From the IMG/VR virus record IMGVR_UViG_3300037010_002844, positions 64,001 to 128,000 of that record: DNA of 64,000 nucleotides; one strand, written 5' to 3'. The stretch is from a virus. Numbering within the stretch: position 1 is the stretch's first letter; every line of letters begins with the position of its first letter. Shown here piece after piece: positions 9,301 through 17,851 of the stretch. Both the position numbers and the translations under genes were made by a program. The notes beneath the pieces were generated by a model. That model did not search any database. It was not told the DNA's origin and saw nothing but the letters and a program-made list of their open reading frames with translations.

Positions 9301-9404
9301 CGGCCGGTGAGCAGGCAGTCATTTCCAAGACGGACGACGGCAAGCTCAAGGTCAAGAAGGCTGACTCGGATCACAGCCAGATCTGGGAGCCGATTGACGG
9401 CTAA
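6345..9404 (+). CDS. Large (1019 aa) LRV/HEAT-like repeat protein with the N-terminal leader motif; candidate packaged virion protein.
   Basis: N-terminus is MKVTLGTLRESILESY. The central region has repeats of the leucine-rich-repeat-variant type (AVAHNPVTPKEDLAVLAGDESTSTRAAVAANPNTPVNVLKQLSRDEAVAIRAAAASN). There is an Ala/Pro-rich linker near the C-terminus. It is one of the few plus-strand genes. Confidence 0.7.
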   Translation: MKVTLGTLRESILESYVEILVEGRIEDARERYPDISDEDFDDLVENQPQGSNNKYLMWCAKQVDDGFSVNVVVQNMRLFDGNKQRLEKKDINQYEDPSAIETAVQALGGKSKSQESKQAKADSDVIYNDDHWLVIRPHTMGASCKYGIGTKWCIAATTSHNYFSTYSTSNNKFYFVIDKTQLQTTPPPPSSKYAIVIRDEAGRNNEAYDASDKRVPVSTVAKHVGVEWPAIWSKIEAHVKKVPLTREVEDEQRAVEEHVNDLMAGKDVSSQALQKIAKSAKMTLRVVQKVYDLAAKKVETGEDKYMLSFLMYALSDNIGNLTPDAAMFFIQKIGDGGNSYYIKRAIEHANLTEENFTQLVKSGNEAVIAAIMENPRAPDALKDEIVKVIPNFKNDMAKHDAWWALIKSGRYTLEQFKEAVESSSASHYHVVAGQVLRHIDELNLTPEQLMLIPVTDEYDLKNIMKAPNLPPAHLGALIVKLRDKLSTQFLIKLLKQSNIDSDTVELLWKSVTPDIRTALLQNPSIGASNASKFALSKNHAYRFAVAHNPVTPKEDLAVLAGDESTSTRAAVAANPNTPVNVLKQLSRDEAVAIRAAAASNAAVGNDVLQALTKDSDNFVRRVARKTLKSLKVAEAYVKAAMGMRRILLEELSDENENQDIMNPSWRDISTKSLKSDEFIVIFLLQNNGHATREEIESAWFDWMGRLVRRHDLWKSTQHGKEPVRGINASGSAWYWAPPGIDKGALFQLTPAGAAAAMHALNKVRGSVEPRRSEVGSAGARPGRTYYISNDVSAFDITGRENDEIESEEIEVNRYSSEPVIRGGKYTKLSPNRSRASRMRTKGAVYWKFTSPNGRETYTKNLPQVALKRGAEVTYVKAVHAPGSGGHPYNMAMVKYGDRYLLTAFPLMTTASGAREENAPENVAPPIKKSPPSKATAAAPAAAAAIEPTAAKGPKTTYKIYGRFKGHPAATRLKGQAYVAGQDTQFSAGEQAVISKTDDGKLKVKKADSDHSQIWEPIDG

Positions 9405-9739
9405 ACGTCGTCCTTGCGGTTGCCGATGCCCGGGGAGATGTTGCTAAATCTAGCACGTCGCTCGTGACCCTCGCGATCATAGTCACGAACTCGCTCGATG
9501 ATCCCGCGGAAAAATCCACTCCACTCATCAAGCGTGACTTCTTTCTTGAAGTCCTCAGCTAGCTGGACGGCATACGCCTCGATCTCTTCCTCCGAGGCTT
9601 CTGTCATGTCATTGCTGAGGGCCATGCGTAGCTTCCGCGCCAGCTTAACGCTGGGAGGAGGCAACATCCACTGGTTCTTTTCTTTATCCCAAGTTGGGAG
9701 AGAGACCTGTAGCGTTATCACGATGCCGCGTCGACTCAT
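9401..9739 (-). CDS. Hypothetical protein.
   Basis: Internal Met (MSRRGIVITLQ...) of ORF 9401..9874. The upstream part of the track ORF is Arg/Ser-rich and overlaps another acidic ORF (9684..9877). Confidence 0.35.
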   Translation of the reverse strand: MSRRGIVITLQVSLPTWDKEKNQWMLPPPSVKLARKLRMALSNDMTEASEEEIEAYAVQLAEDFKKEVTLDEWSGFFRGIIERVRDYDREGHERRARFSNISPGIGNRKDDV

Positions 9740-10067
9740 CTGCGATCCTTTCTTCCTCGAGGCACCTGTTGTCGCGCTCCGTCCTCTCCATCGTCTCTTC
9801 CCACTGTTGTTCAGCGGCTTCCCAAGCCTCGGCCCACTGTCGGAGTGCGTCCGCGTTGGGCACGCCCTCGTCATTCATAGCTTCAGGTCCTCCAAAGACG
9901 CAGAGATATGACTGTTGTGTGCCGTGGCCCCACAGTTGCACGGAGCGTAGCCCTCGTGATCGCATTCAGCTGGGCACGAGTCCGAGTGCCCGCGGTGGTT
10001 GCCAGCGAGACCTTGGCACGGACTATCTTCTCGATCAACTGTTCGTAGGTGTACATGGGTTTTATGT

Positions 10068-11198
10068 TTACGTGATTTCCCTCAACTTCCAGACCGTCGT
10101 CGACGCGCCAAAGTCGTCCCTCTTGACCTCGGCACAACACAGGATGAAGGGGTCAGGAAGCTCCTTGCCGCCCCAGACAGAAATCTTCGTGGCCTTGCCA
10201 GTGGGTCCAACCGCAAAGATTTGCACATATTCCTTGCCATTGCGGGTCTTCTTCTTGATGCCCGTCACCGGCTTGCCACCCTTCTTTGCAGCAACAGGGG
10301 CCGTGACAAACCAGACGACCGCCGTGTCACCGTGCTCCAGGTCGTCAATGCTATTGACGCCCTTCTTCTCCAAGGCAGCCAAGATTTCGATGTCAATCAT
10401 GGCGGTGACGTCCAAAGCACCGAAGACGTCGACCATATTTTGAGCACGTTCAGAAGACGACCAGTCCTCGATGTCAGCGTAGTCCCTGACCAACTGGTAG
10501 AAGTTCTTAAGGCCCTCGTGCGGGTCAGACTTCGGGTGTCGCTTGATCAACGCCCCGTGATCGATGTCGACCTCTTCGGTGACCTCGACGCCCTTGCGCT
10601 TCTTGGTCACGGTCTCCACGTGAGAACCGAAGAGGACCTCGTGCATGTGATGATAGTTGTTGAAGACCTTGCCTTCGCCCACGATGTCCATACTGCCGAA
10701 GGCACCGATCTTGACCAGGGCCTCCATCGCCTTCTTGTTGAACTTGCTGTGTTTCCACTCGAAGTTGTCATCCCACAGCAACTCCTCGATAGTGTTGTAG
10801 GGACGGTTGGCCATGATCTCTTCGACCGCCGAGTCGCCGACACCCTTGCAGGACGTCATCGACGGCATCAACTTCTTGCCGGGCAGCGCGGTCCACCCGA
10901 GCCCCGCCAGGTTGATGTCGATCGGGACGATCTGATAGCCCAAGGCCTTTACCTCGCTGAACGCCTTAGCACGTTGAGCAGGAGTGTGCGACATGCTTTC
11001 GAGATAGGCACACAGCCATTCCTCCTCGTGATATGTCATCAGCCAGGCGCACCAGAAGCTGTCAATGGCGTATGCCACTGCATGGCTGTTAGACGTCAGT
11101 ATCCCGTTAGCGAGATAGAACTGGTGATCCGGGTGATCGACTTCGAGGTCATAGGTCTGGTGTCGACCCACGGGTGTGATAGACTTGATGTTACTCAT
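10068..11198 (-). CDS. dnaE: DnaE (Pol III alpha) fragment 8 of 8: C-intein 7 plus the C-terminal extein.
   Basis: C-intein 7 at 11088-11198 is MSNIKSITPVGRHQTYDLEVDHPDHQFYLANGILTSN. The extein at 10071-11087 starts SHAVAYAIDSFWCAWLMTYHEEEW, which matches the DnaE KSHAAAYA helix onward. Confidence 0.85.
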   Translation of the reverse strand: MSNIKSITPVGRHQTYDLEVDHPDHQFYLANGILTSNSHAVAYAIDSFWCAWLMTYHEEEWLCAYLESMSHTPAQRAKAFSEVKALGYQIVPIDINLAGLGWTALPGKKLMPSMTSCKGVGDSAVEEIMANRPYNTIEELLWDDNFEWKHSKFNKKAMEALVKIGAFGSMDIVGEGKVFNNYHHMHEVLFGSHVETVTKKRKGVEVTEEVDIDHGALIKRHPKSDPHEGLKNFYQLVRDYADIEDWSSSERAQNMVDVFGALDVTAMIDIEILAALEKKGVNSIDDLEHGDTAVVWFVTAPVAAKKGGKPVTGIKKKTRNGKEYVQIFAVGPTGKATKISVWGGKELPDPFILCCAEVKRDDFGASTTVWKLREIT

Positions 11199-11419
11199 GT
11201 GAGCAGGTCCTTCAACAGGTCTTCGATCGCTCCTGCGTTCGGTTCATCAAGCATTGCTTTAGCATACTCTTCTTCAATGTACTCGTCAGTCGGCTGGAGT
11301 TCAACCTTCGTTTCGCTTTTGCGTCGGTAACGTGCCGCGGCCCGTAACAGTTCGATCGGACTCAGACCCATGCGTTGGGCAATGTCATTCAGTGCGATTT
11401 CAAACGGCGGTCTTTTCAT
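11195..11419 (-). CDS. Small hypothetical protein (possible HTH) inside the intein-7 gap.
   Basis: 74 aa, with IALNDIAQRMGLSPIELLRAAARY. Overlaps the neighbouring genes at both ends. Confidence 0.4.
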   Translation of the reverse strand: MKRPPFEIALNDIAQRMGLSPIELLRAAARYRRKSETKVELQPTDEYIEEEYAKAMLDEPNAGAIEDLLKDLLT

Positions 11420-12449
11420 ACGCTTTTCCTATCCGATGAACGCCAGGTCGAGGATCTTTCAGGATCTCAAAAAGCTTTTTCAAGCAATCAGGTTCGAAGC
11501 GACCGCCATCCTTGTATGAGAACTGATCGTAAGAAATTCGAATGAGTGTCCAATCATGTTTAGTGATGTAATCATCAAGCATTGCATCCATGCACTTCAC
11601 TCGTTCAAAATTATCCTCGCCTTTAATACGTGCATTAAAATGGATGATTCCATCAAATTCAACATAAATGTGTCTTGATCGATCGGCAATGTCAACTTGC
11701 TTTCTTTTAGATTTGTTTGGAAAAGCAACTGACTTGACGACCTGATTATGAACAAAATCATAACCTTCAACGTTTTTCAACAAATCAAACAACGCTAATT
11801 CCGGAATGCTATGCCAAATAGCATGTGCAGCTTTTGTGCACTTTTCGTAGAACTCATCGGGGTTCAACTCACGCCAACGGGCCAGGCGCTCAGCACGTGC
11901 CTTGAGTATCTCAGGCCGGGTTGACGTTAGTCTTGCAACGTCTGATGAACGTTTACGGGCTTCAGGTCGTCGATTAAGTTCTCCCATTAGTTCAGAGCGA
12001 CGTTTCCTCTCGCCCGGATTGCTCGTGATGGCCTCACTGACCGCACGGCCCATCTTTTCCTTGTAGGCAGTCAAATCATCACCGCGTGCCTTCGCTCGTT
12101 TGAGCCAGGCGAAATTCTGCCCACGATGCTTGAAACGCGCTGTCGAGACTTTCGATGTGATTGCGGCAGTCGGGTACGCTTTCAGGTATTCTTCTTTGCT
12201 CATACCATGCGTCCCCGACAAGTGCTTTGCCAGTGCCTTACCCGTGAAGCCACAGACTTGGCATGTGACACTCTCACTGTCACCGAGTATGAATCCTTGG
12301 CACCTAGCTTGGTGTTTTTCGTAGGCCTTCAGGTAGACGAAGAGCCTGCTACATCGGTCACAACGATGCTGAGGCCCCGTTCGGCAATCATCCACAGGGG
12401 CAACATCTCGTTTGTCTCCTTCGTCCTGAACTTGTGATCCCACGTGCAC
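11400..12449 (-). mobile_element. Free-standing homing-endonuclease gene in the intein-7 gap (MucR-like zinc finger plus a DUF559/Vsr-like PD-(D/E)XK domain).
   Basis: CQVCGFTGKALAKHLSGTHGMSKEEYLKAYP resembles the Ros/MucR finger. The C-terminal SIPELALFDLL...QVDIADRSRHIYVEFDGIIH resembles the DUF559/Vsr-like nuclease core. It lies between N-intein 7 and C-intein 7. Confidence 0.65.
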
Positions 12450-13030
12450 TTTACCTTCTCTCCGGTCACCAACTCCACTTCTACCAAGTCTAGCTCACCG
12501 TGGTCGTGTTTTGCAACAACAGGGACGAGGATGTTTTTACCTGAATTCTCATCACGAGACATGACCAGGTCGCCGGGTTCGATGTGTTGAAGCTGCTTTG
12601 TCTCTTTGAACGTGCCGTCTGAAAAAAAGGTATTTACTGGTTCCGAAAAGTACAAACTTTTATTGAAGCCGTAGCCCGCGAAGTACAGAATCTTGTCGTA
12701 GAGGTTGTTGGCCACCTTCTCGGTATAACCGTTGGCGATGCAACCCTTGACGAACCCGTCACGGGTCTCTTGGGCTGCCTTCTTTGCCGCCTCACCGCCC
12801 GAGATGCTGCGCTTCATGATTGCGCGACGGACCTCGTCACACTTGTCCTTCGGGAAGCCGGCAGCCTTCTCGGCGAGTTCCATCACCTGTTCCTGAAAAA
12901 TTATGCAGTTATGCACGAGAAGGCCATTTGCGAAGAAGTTGTTGTTCTTCTTGACCTGGATGTCGTACACAGGCTGTGCAGGAACACGCTTGATCGCACG
13001 GATCTTGACGGGAACTACGTCAGGCATCAC
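12329..13030 (-). CDS. dnaE: DnaE fragment 7: C-intein 6, extein, N-intein 7.
   Basis: C-intein 6 at 12908-13030 ends PVYDIQVKKNNNFFANGLLVHN. The extein at 12659-12907 is CIIFQEQVMELAE...DEVRRAIMKRS...ILYFAGYGFNK. N-intein 7 at 12332-12658 is SLYFSEPVNTFFSDG...CTWDHKF. Confidence 0.85.
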   Translation of the reverse strand: MMPDVVPVKIRAIKRVPAQPVYDIQVKKNNNFFANGLLVHNCIIFQEQVMELAEKAAGFPKDKCDEVRRAIMKRSISGGEAAKKAAQETRDGFVKGCIANGYTEKVANNLYDKILYFAGYGFNKSLYFSEPVNTFFSDGTFKETKQLQHIEPGDLVMSRDENSGKNILVPVVAKHDHGELDLVEVELVTGEKVKCTWDHKFRTKETNEMLPLWMIAERGLSIVVTDVAGSSST

Positions 13031-13344
13031 TTACGCTCCGTTTCACGATGAGTCTGACAAACAATGTGTAATGACATTGAGCGCGACAAAGCATCACTGC
13101 CTAGAACGACTCGGCAAGGGTTGAGATTTTCCCCCACATGACGCATCCATTCTTGCAAAGCGTTGATCAATCGTTGGGCTTCGTTGAAACCCTCATGCGA
13201 GGGTGGAAACTGACAGCAACCTACCAAATCTCTAGTCCCAGGATCATATGCAATGATTCGCAAATTCCCATGAACGTTCATCTCTAGCGTTAGAGATCCA
13301 TAAACATCGTCATCGATCTCGCTAGTGTAAAGATCTGCGCTCAT
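13027..13344 (-). CDS. Hypothetical protein (cargo ORF in the intein-6 gap).
   Basis: 105-aa ORF with an ATGA-type overlap to fragment 7. No motif recognised. Confidence 0.45.
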   Translation of the reverse strand: MSADLYTSEIDDDVYGSLTLEMNVHGNLRIIAYDPGTRDLVGCCQFPPSHEGFNEAQRLINALQEWMRHVGENLNPCRVVLGSDALSRSMSLHIVCQTHRETERK

Positions 13345-13345
13345 A

Positions 13346-13591
13346 TCATTTTTCTTTCATGTTCAATGATGATGCGCAGAGTTGGCACACTGGTCCATCA
13401 ACACTCAAAACACGTTGACCATGGTATTCGAGCTCCATATCATTTCCGACCTCTTCATAAGCTCGAAATGTGTCGAACCAGTCGGCATACGTGAGATCAT
13501 CACGCTTTCCAAATGCCGTATGTGACTTCATCGTGTTGATAAAGTTCTTGAACGACGTAAGCAACTCCTCTTCAAAATCATCAATCTTCAT
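13346..13591 (-). CDS. Hypothetical protein (cargo ORF in the intein-6 gap).
   Basis: 81-aa ORF starting MKIDDFEEELLTSF. No nuclease motif. Confidence 0.45.
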   Translation of the reverse strand: MKIDDFEEELLTSFKNFINTMKSHTAFGKRDDLTYADWFDTFRAYEEVGNDMELEYHGQRVLSVDGPVCQLCASSLNMKEK

Positions 13592-13662
13592 GTCTAAATT
13601 GTCCTCAATTTGAGGTGATAGTTCAAGGCATCAGACTCCCAGACGCGGTACACCGTGAAGCC

Positions 13663-13842
13663 TCAAGTTCTTGTGGCAAGCGTCCATAATTGATCAAGCC
13701 TAAATTGCTTCTTCATCGCAGGTGTTAGTTCATGCTTCGCTGGGTTACTGTGCCAATAGTCGCCGTCGTACTCGATGATGAGGTTGAGTGATGGCACGAC
13801 GAAGTAGCCTGGTTTCAGTACTTCATTCCCAAAATCTCGTCT
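13663..13842 (-). pseudogene. Remnant of a Vsr-like homing endonuclease.
   Basis: My translation of a start-less open stretch is RRDFGNEVLKPGYFVVPSLNLIIEYDGDYWHSNPAKHELTPAMKKQFRLDQLWTLATRT*. The IEYDGDYWHS core matches AIECNG(V/L)YWHSE of the two intact endonucleases at 15352 and 17837. Confidence 0.6.
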
Positions 13843-14414
13843 TCAGACGTCAGTTCACCTGCTTGCACCCAACCACGAGGCGTCATGACAAGGTGATCTT
13901 CAGTCAAAGACAAAGTTTCTCCACCCTCCAGCTCAACCTCGATGATGTCACGTACGCCGTTTGAGGCGACAGCGACAACTTCGTCCATCTCGACGGTCTT
14001 CGTCATTTCATTGTATGACGGAAGCTTAGTTCCCACCATTCCTTGTTCAACGATTTGTCTAATGGGAACCTCACCTTGCTCAGTAAGGATATGTGTGTCA
14101 CCCGTCAAACACGAGTATGTCTTCTTCAGGATGTCGTTGACGCGGTGATCGCCCCACTCCAACTCCTTGCCGTCATTCTTCGCCTCCAAGTACAGTCGAT
14201 CGACTTTGGCGGCCAAGGGACCCGGGCGATAGATGCTGGTCAGCGTCGCGATGTCGATGATGCTCTTGGGCTTGCCTTTGACAAAGAGTCGCTGAGCGCC
14301 CTGGCCCGTGCAATTGTGAACAACGACGTCGTTAGCGACGAAATTATGATGATTTCGCACCTCGATGTCGTAGACGTGGCGCTTACCCACGCTGCGTGAT
14401 GACACAAGCTTCAA
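13815..14414 (-). CDS. dnaE: DnaE fragment 6: C-intein 5, extein, N-intein 6.
   Basis: C-intein 5 at 14313-14414 is MKLVSSRSVGKRHVYDIEVRNHHNFVANDVVVHN. The extein at 14112-14312 is CTGQGAQ...LTSIYRPGPLAAK...ILKKTYS. N-intein 6 at 13818-14111 is CLTGDTHILTEQG...LTEDHLVMTPRGW. Confidence 0.85.
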   Translation of the reverse strand: MKLVSSRSVGKRHVYDIEVRNHHNFVANDVVVHNCTGQGAQRLFVKGKPKSIIDIATLTSIYRPGPLAAKVDRLYLEAKNDGKELEWGDHRVNDILKKTYSCLTGDTHILTEQGEVPIRQIVEQGMVGTKLPSYNEMTKTVEMDEVVAVASNGVRDIIEVELEGGETLSLTEDHLVMTPRGWVQAGELTSEDEILGMKY

Positions 14415-14772
14415 GCGTCGTCTCCTTCTTTTCTAGCAACTGTAGGTCATATCCACTGACAAGTGCACACTTGAGCGTCGGATGCAACGTTACGAATGCG
14501 TCAAACTTCTCCCTAGCATCATCACGCCACCAGCCCTTGACTTCCACGTACACCCGCTTAAAGAGCTCCAACGTCGGTCATTGACGATGGAAGATCATGT
14601 ACGCCTCTCTTGTGAGCTGGATCCTGATCTCCTCCTCGCTGAAGCCCTCGTCCATGCAATGACGCCAGTTGTCATACAGGTCGACGACGCCATTCTTTCC
14701 GTTCCCGTTGCCCGCTGAGTGCAGAAAGTACAAAGGGGCGCTACGATGAGCGGAGCGCGTCCGTACAATCAC
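14383..14772 (-). pseudogene. T7 endonuclease I-like homing endonuclease remnant with an in-frame TGA (intein-5 gap).
   Basis: ORFs 14578..14772 and 14383..14571 are in the same frame and are separated only by TGA 14578-14580. VYVEVKGWWRDDAREKFDAFVTLHPTL resembles T7 endonuclease I FVETKGLWESDDRKKHLLIREQHPEL as I recall it. The upstream PD motif is not preserved. Confidence 0.55.
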
Positions 14773-14856
14773 ATGTTGCGGAGTCGTGGGCCTGTTGCGT
14801 CTCTGTAAGGCGACATGGCCACGGTCGCGGCGAAACCTGCGACCAAAACGCCCGCC

Positions 14857-15333
14857 TCACGTCAATCCACGAGCTTCGTAACCACTGCTAGACCCAATCA
14901 ACTCGTCGTCTTCGGTTAGGTGCTGTGCCTCAACCCACCCGCGATTCTTCGTCAAGATGGGATGATCAGCGGTGCAGACAAGCTTCTTGCCGTCGTCGAA
15001 CACGAGCTCGATGCACTCCTTGGGTCCTTGGTCGTAAACGACGTCGACGACTGATGTGGTGAACTGCTGCTTGACTTCATCGAAGACCGTCACCTCGTCA
15101 CCGACATGGACGTCCTTGATCAACTTGTACGAGTCATCGCCCATCAGCACTGCCGTGTCCTGGTCGACGCACTGGAAGATGCCTGCCCACTTGCCTTTCT
15201 CGTAGACCTCGTAAGGTTTGGGATCGGTGAAATCAATGACGGCCGGGTGCATGTGCTGCTCGAACCAGGTCTTGATGTCATTGAATGATACCGCATTTGT
15301 ATGTGCGTCAACGTTAGCAACGACTTTTGCCAT
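14857..15333 (-). CDS. dnaE: DnaE fragment 5: degenerate C-intein stub, extein, N-intein 5.
   Basis: MAKVVANVDAHTN is a decayed block-G-like stub. The extein at 15172-15294 is AVSF...DPKPYEVYEKGKWAGIFQ. N-intein 5 at 14860-15171 is CVDQDTAVLMGDD...CTADHPILTKNRGWVEAQHLTEDDEL. Confidence 0.8.
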   Translation of the reverse strand: MAKVVANVDAHTNAVSFNDIKTWFEQHMHPAVIDFTDPKPYEVYEKGKWAGIFQCVDQDTAVLMGDDSYKLIKDVHVGDEVTVFDEVKQQFTTSVVDVVYDQGPKECIELVFDDGKKLVCTADHPILTKNRGWVEAQHLTEDDELIGSSSGYEARGLT

Positions 15334-15351
15334 GTCTTTGTAAAGGTACTT

Positions 15352-17151
15352 TCACAGGTCCATAACGTACACCGCGTTGGAGCAACCAAAGATCTTAAAA
15401 AGCCTGTGTTCCATCGCCATCTCTTCTTGTGATGCGATCCCCGGAATCGCCCTGACAGCAAATCTATCGATACGATTTTGTCCGTCCGTCCACCAAAACC
15501 TAGGCTGCGTCATGTGATCAAATCTAAAACCAGATAGTTCATACGCCCGGCCAGTGCCACCCAACCTCATGTCACGGTATGTGATCATTTTTTGGTAACC
15601 ATGCTCACGTGACCAATCCCTGGCAGCGTTGATCAACCGCGACATGCCTCCAACGACGATGGTATCGCGGGCCGTTGAAACCCGCGCCAATTCAATTGTC
15701 TTAGATCCCCACTTAGTCTGCTGGTGCGGTTTTCGCAATGTCAATGCACAAATAATGTTTCCAGCAATGTCCTCTAGCCAGAACGAATGCGACGAAGGAG
15801 TGTTTCCATCGAGGTGATTGTTCGCCATGAACTGAGCGGTGATGGCTGGACGACCGCTGCGAAGATGTAGCTTTCGTGCCATCACGCGAGTAGCAAGACC
15901 AAGCTTTACCCTGATCATGCTTTTGATGATGTTTTTCTTTACATCATGGTGCCATTCATCGTCGAAGATATGTAGCAACGACACACCACGCTCAAGAGCG
16001 CGAGTCGACTTGTCTTGGTGATACGATGGTGGAGTACCGGTCGCCTCACTGTGCCAATAGACACCGTTGCACTCGATGGCAATCCTTCCGTTACCTGACA
16101 CGATGTCCAGCTCATAAGGCGCGATTGACTGTCTGTCGTTGGCGATGGCGTTCGAATCGAGCTTGACGAAGAAATCGAACACCTCACGATGCCAGCGAGA
16201 GAAATTAGCCGGGTAGCACGTTGAACACACCTTTCCCTTGTAAAGGACGTTAAAGGGAACAATATCAGGTACGTTACAACTGACGCATGTCACATGCACC
16301 GGTGTTGAGTATCCAGCAAACTCAAATTTTTCGATGTTCCACCTCGACCGCAGTGCATCAACTCGCCGTTCGACCTCTTCGAGAGACAACCGAAAAGGAG
16401 AGTTAGTGCCGTTCTCGATAAGGCGTTTTCTAGTCTCGATGATCGAACGTTTGATATCTTCAGAATTAGCGTTCCGAGACCAATGATTCAAGCGAACGCC
16501 TTCGCCGATCCGTTCTGATCGCCGTTTGATCCTATCGTCAGTTTCTGACGTCTGACCGTGCTGCGTCCAGTGTTTTTCTACTTGCCATTTTTCAGTCAAT
16601 GCTCGAGAGATGTTATGCGCAGCTCTTGTGATAGATTCATTATTTTCTTTAGTTTGTCCTGTTCTCCAGTGCCCGTGTTTTTTGATGAAATCACGACAAC
16701 CTTGTGCGGCCCTTCGAACCGATTCAGACGTTGTTTCTGACAGCCCCTTGTTCCATGCAGGCAATGATTTTGATTTCCGGCTAAGCGCACCTCTTACTTG
16801 AGAGTTCTTCTTGCTACAAACTCCACAGAGACGTTCATATCCCGTTTGAAAGGTCATGAACTTGACCGGCCCTGAACACTGAACGCACGGTCCAGGGTGC
16901 TCTCGAAAAAGAAGGTACGCAGCCTCCGCATTGAGCCCGTGCTTTTTAAGGAGATGTGCGCGGAGCGAATTTAGGCTAGCTTTTCGCAATGGATCATTGC
17001 ACTGTGGGCACCTCGAAGGACACGATGTCATCGCCGGGCCCGAGCTCCCTCGCAAGGATGGTGCCCCTGTTGCTGGTGACGATTCGTTGGTCGCCGTAGA
17101 CGCCTCGTGTCGTTCCATCGTCGAGTTGGATCTCAAACCACCCTCTTTCAT
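15352..17151 (-). mobile_element. Free-standing homing-endonuclease gene (zinc finger, NUMOD3-like repeats, Vsr-like nuclease, conserved C-terminal domain) at junction 4.
   Basis: Contains CPQCNDPL...HLLKKH, WNKGLSETTSESV and TGQTKENNESI repeats, and YELDIVSGNGRIAIECNGVYWHSE. The C-terminus is YRDMRLGGTGRAYELSGFRF...FWWTD...IFGCSNAVYVMDL. It is a paralog of 17837..19570. The true start is probably an internal Met (17118 or 17031), because the track start overlaps fragment 4. Confidence 0.75.
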
Positions 17152-17851
17152 GTCGTTCCTTTTTGATGATGAGCTCGATGGCGCGCTCGATGAGCCGCAT
17201 CGTTTCTAGACCTAGGAGGTCGTACTTGATGAACTCTCCGATCTTCTCAAGGTGTTTATAATTTACGCCCTCGACCCAAGGTGACTGTGGCTCGCGGACG
17301 CCGGCCTTGCCTTTGGACGTCACCAAAGGCATCTTGTTGGGCAAATCGTCTGCAATCAGCACACCACCCGCGTGACGACCGAGACTACGATTCTGCTTGA
17401 AGAGGATCTTGATCGACTCGGCGACGACCGGGTACTTCTCAATGAAGCCGCGAAACGACGGGCTGACCGGCTGCTTACACTCTGGGCTACAGCCCTGGCA
17501 GATGGACTTCGACTCCGGGCCCTTAGGAGCCCTGCAGTGGAAGGCCATGGCCTCATCGTAGGTCAAGACGAACAGATTCTTGTCGTCGCCTTCCTTCATC
17601 GTCGCCTTACGGACCTCGTCCTCGACGGTCCGCGTGGCAGCGTTGGTCTCCTCGAATGGGATGCCGTAGAACTTGCCGATATCCTTTACAAGCGTTTTTA
17701 GTTTGAAACAGTTATAATTGCTGATGGGAACGACGTTTTCCCACCCAAAAAAGTTTCGAAGTTCATCAAGAACCTCATCTCGCCTGGCAAGATCGGTGTT
17801 GTGAACAACGACGCTCTTGTTGGACGCCAAAAATGAATGAACGACCATCAC
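16994..17851 (-). CDS. dnaE: DnaE fragment 4: very short C-intein 3, palm/fingers extein, degenerate N-intein remnant.
   Basis: Starts MVVHSFLASNKSVVVHN (17798-17848, ATG at 17848). The extein is TDLARRDEVLDELRNFFGWENVV...SLGRHAGGVLI...IKYDLLGLETMRLIERA. The tail at 16997-17140 is WFEIQLDDGTTRGVYGDQRIVTSNRGTILARELGPGDDIVSFEVPTVQ. Confidence 0.85.
   Translation of the reverse strand: MMVVHSFLASNKSVVVHNTDLARRDEVLDELRNFFGWENVVPISNYNCFKLKTLVKDIGKFYGIPFEETNAATRTVEDEVRKATMKEGDDKNLFVLTYDEAMAFHCRAPKGPESKSICQGCSPECKQPVSPSFRGFIEKYPVVAESIKILFKQNRSLGRHAGGVLIADDLPNKMPLVTSKGKAGVREPQSPWVEGVNYKHLEKIGEFIKYDLLGLETMRLIERAIELIIKKERHERGWFEIQLDDGTTRGVYGDQRIVTSNRGTILARELGPGDDIVSFEVPTVQ

Noticed and set aside
9999-11330. 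443-aa plus-strand ORF.
   Set aside because: It lies entirely antisense to the well-supported DnaE C-terminal fragment and endonuclease-gap genes. Its Arg/Leu/Val-rich, motif-free sequence is typical of a shadow ORF.
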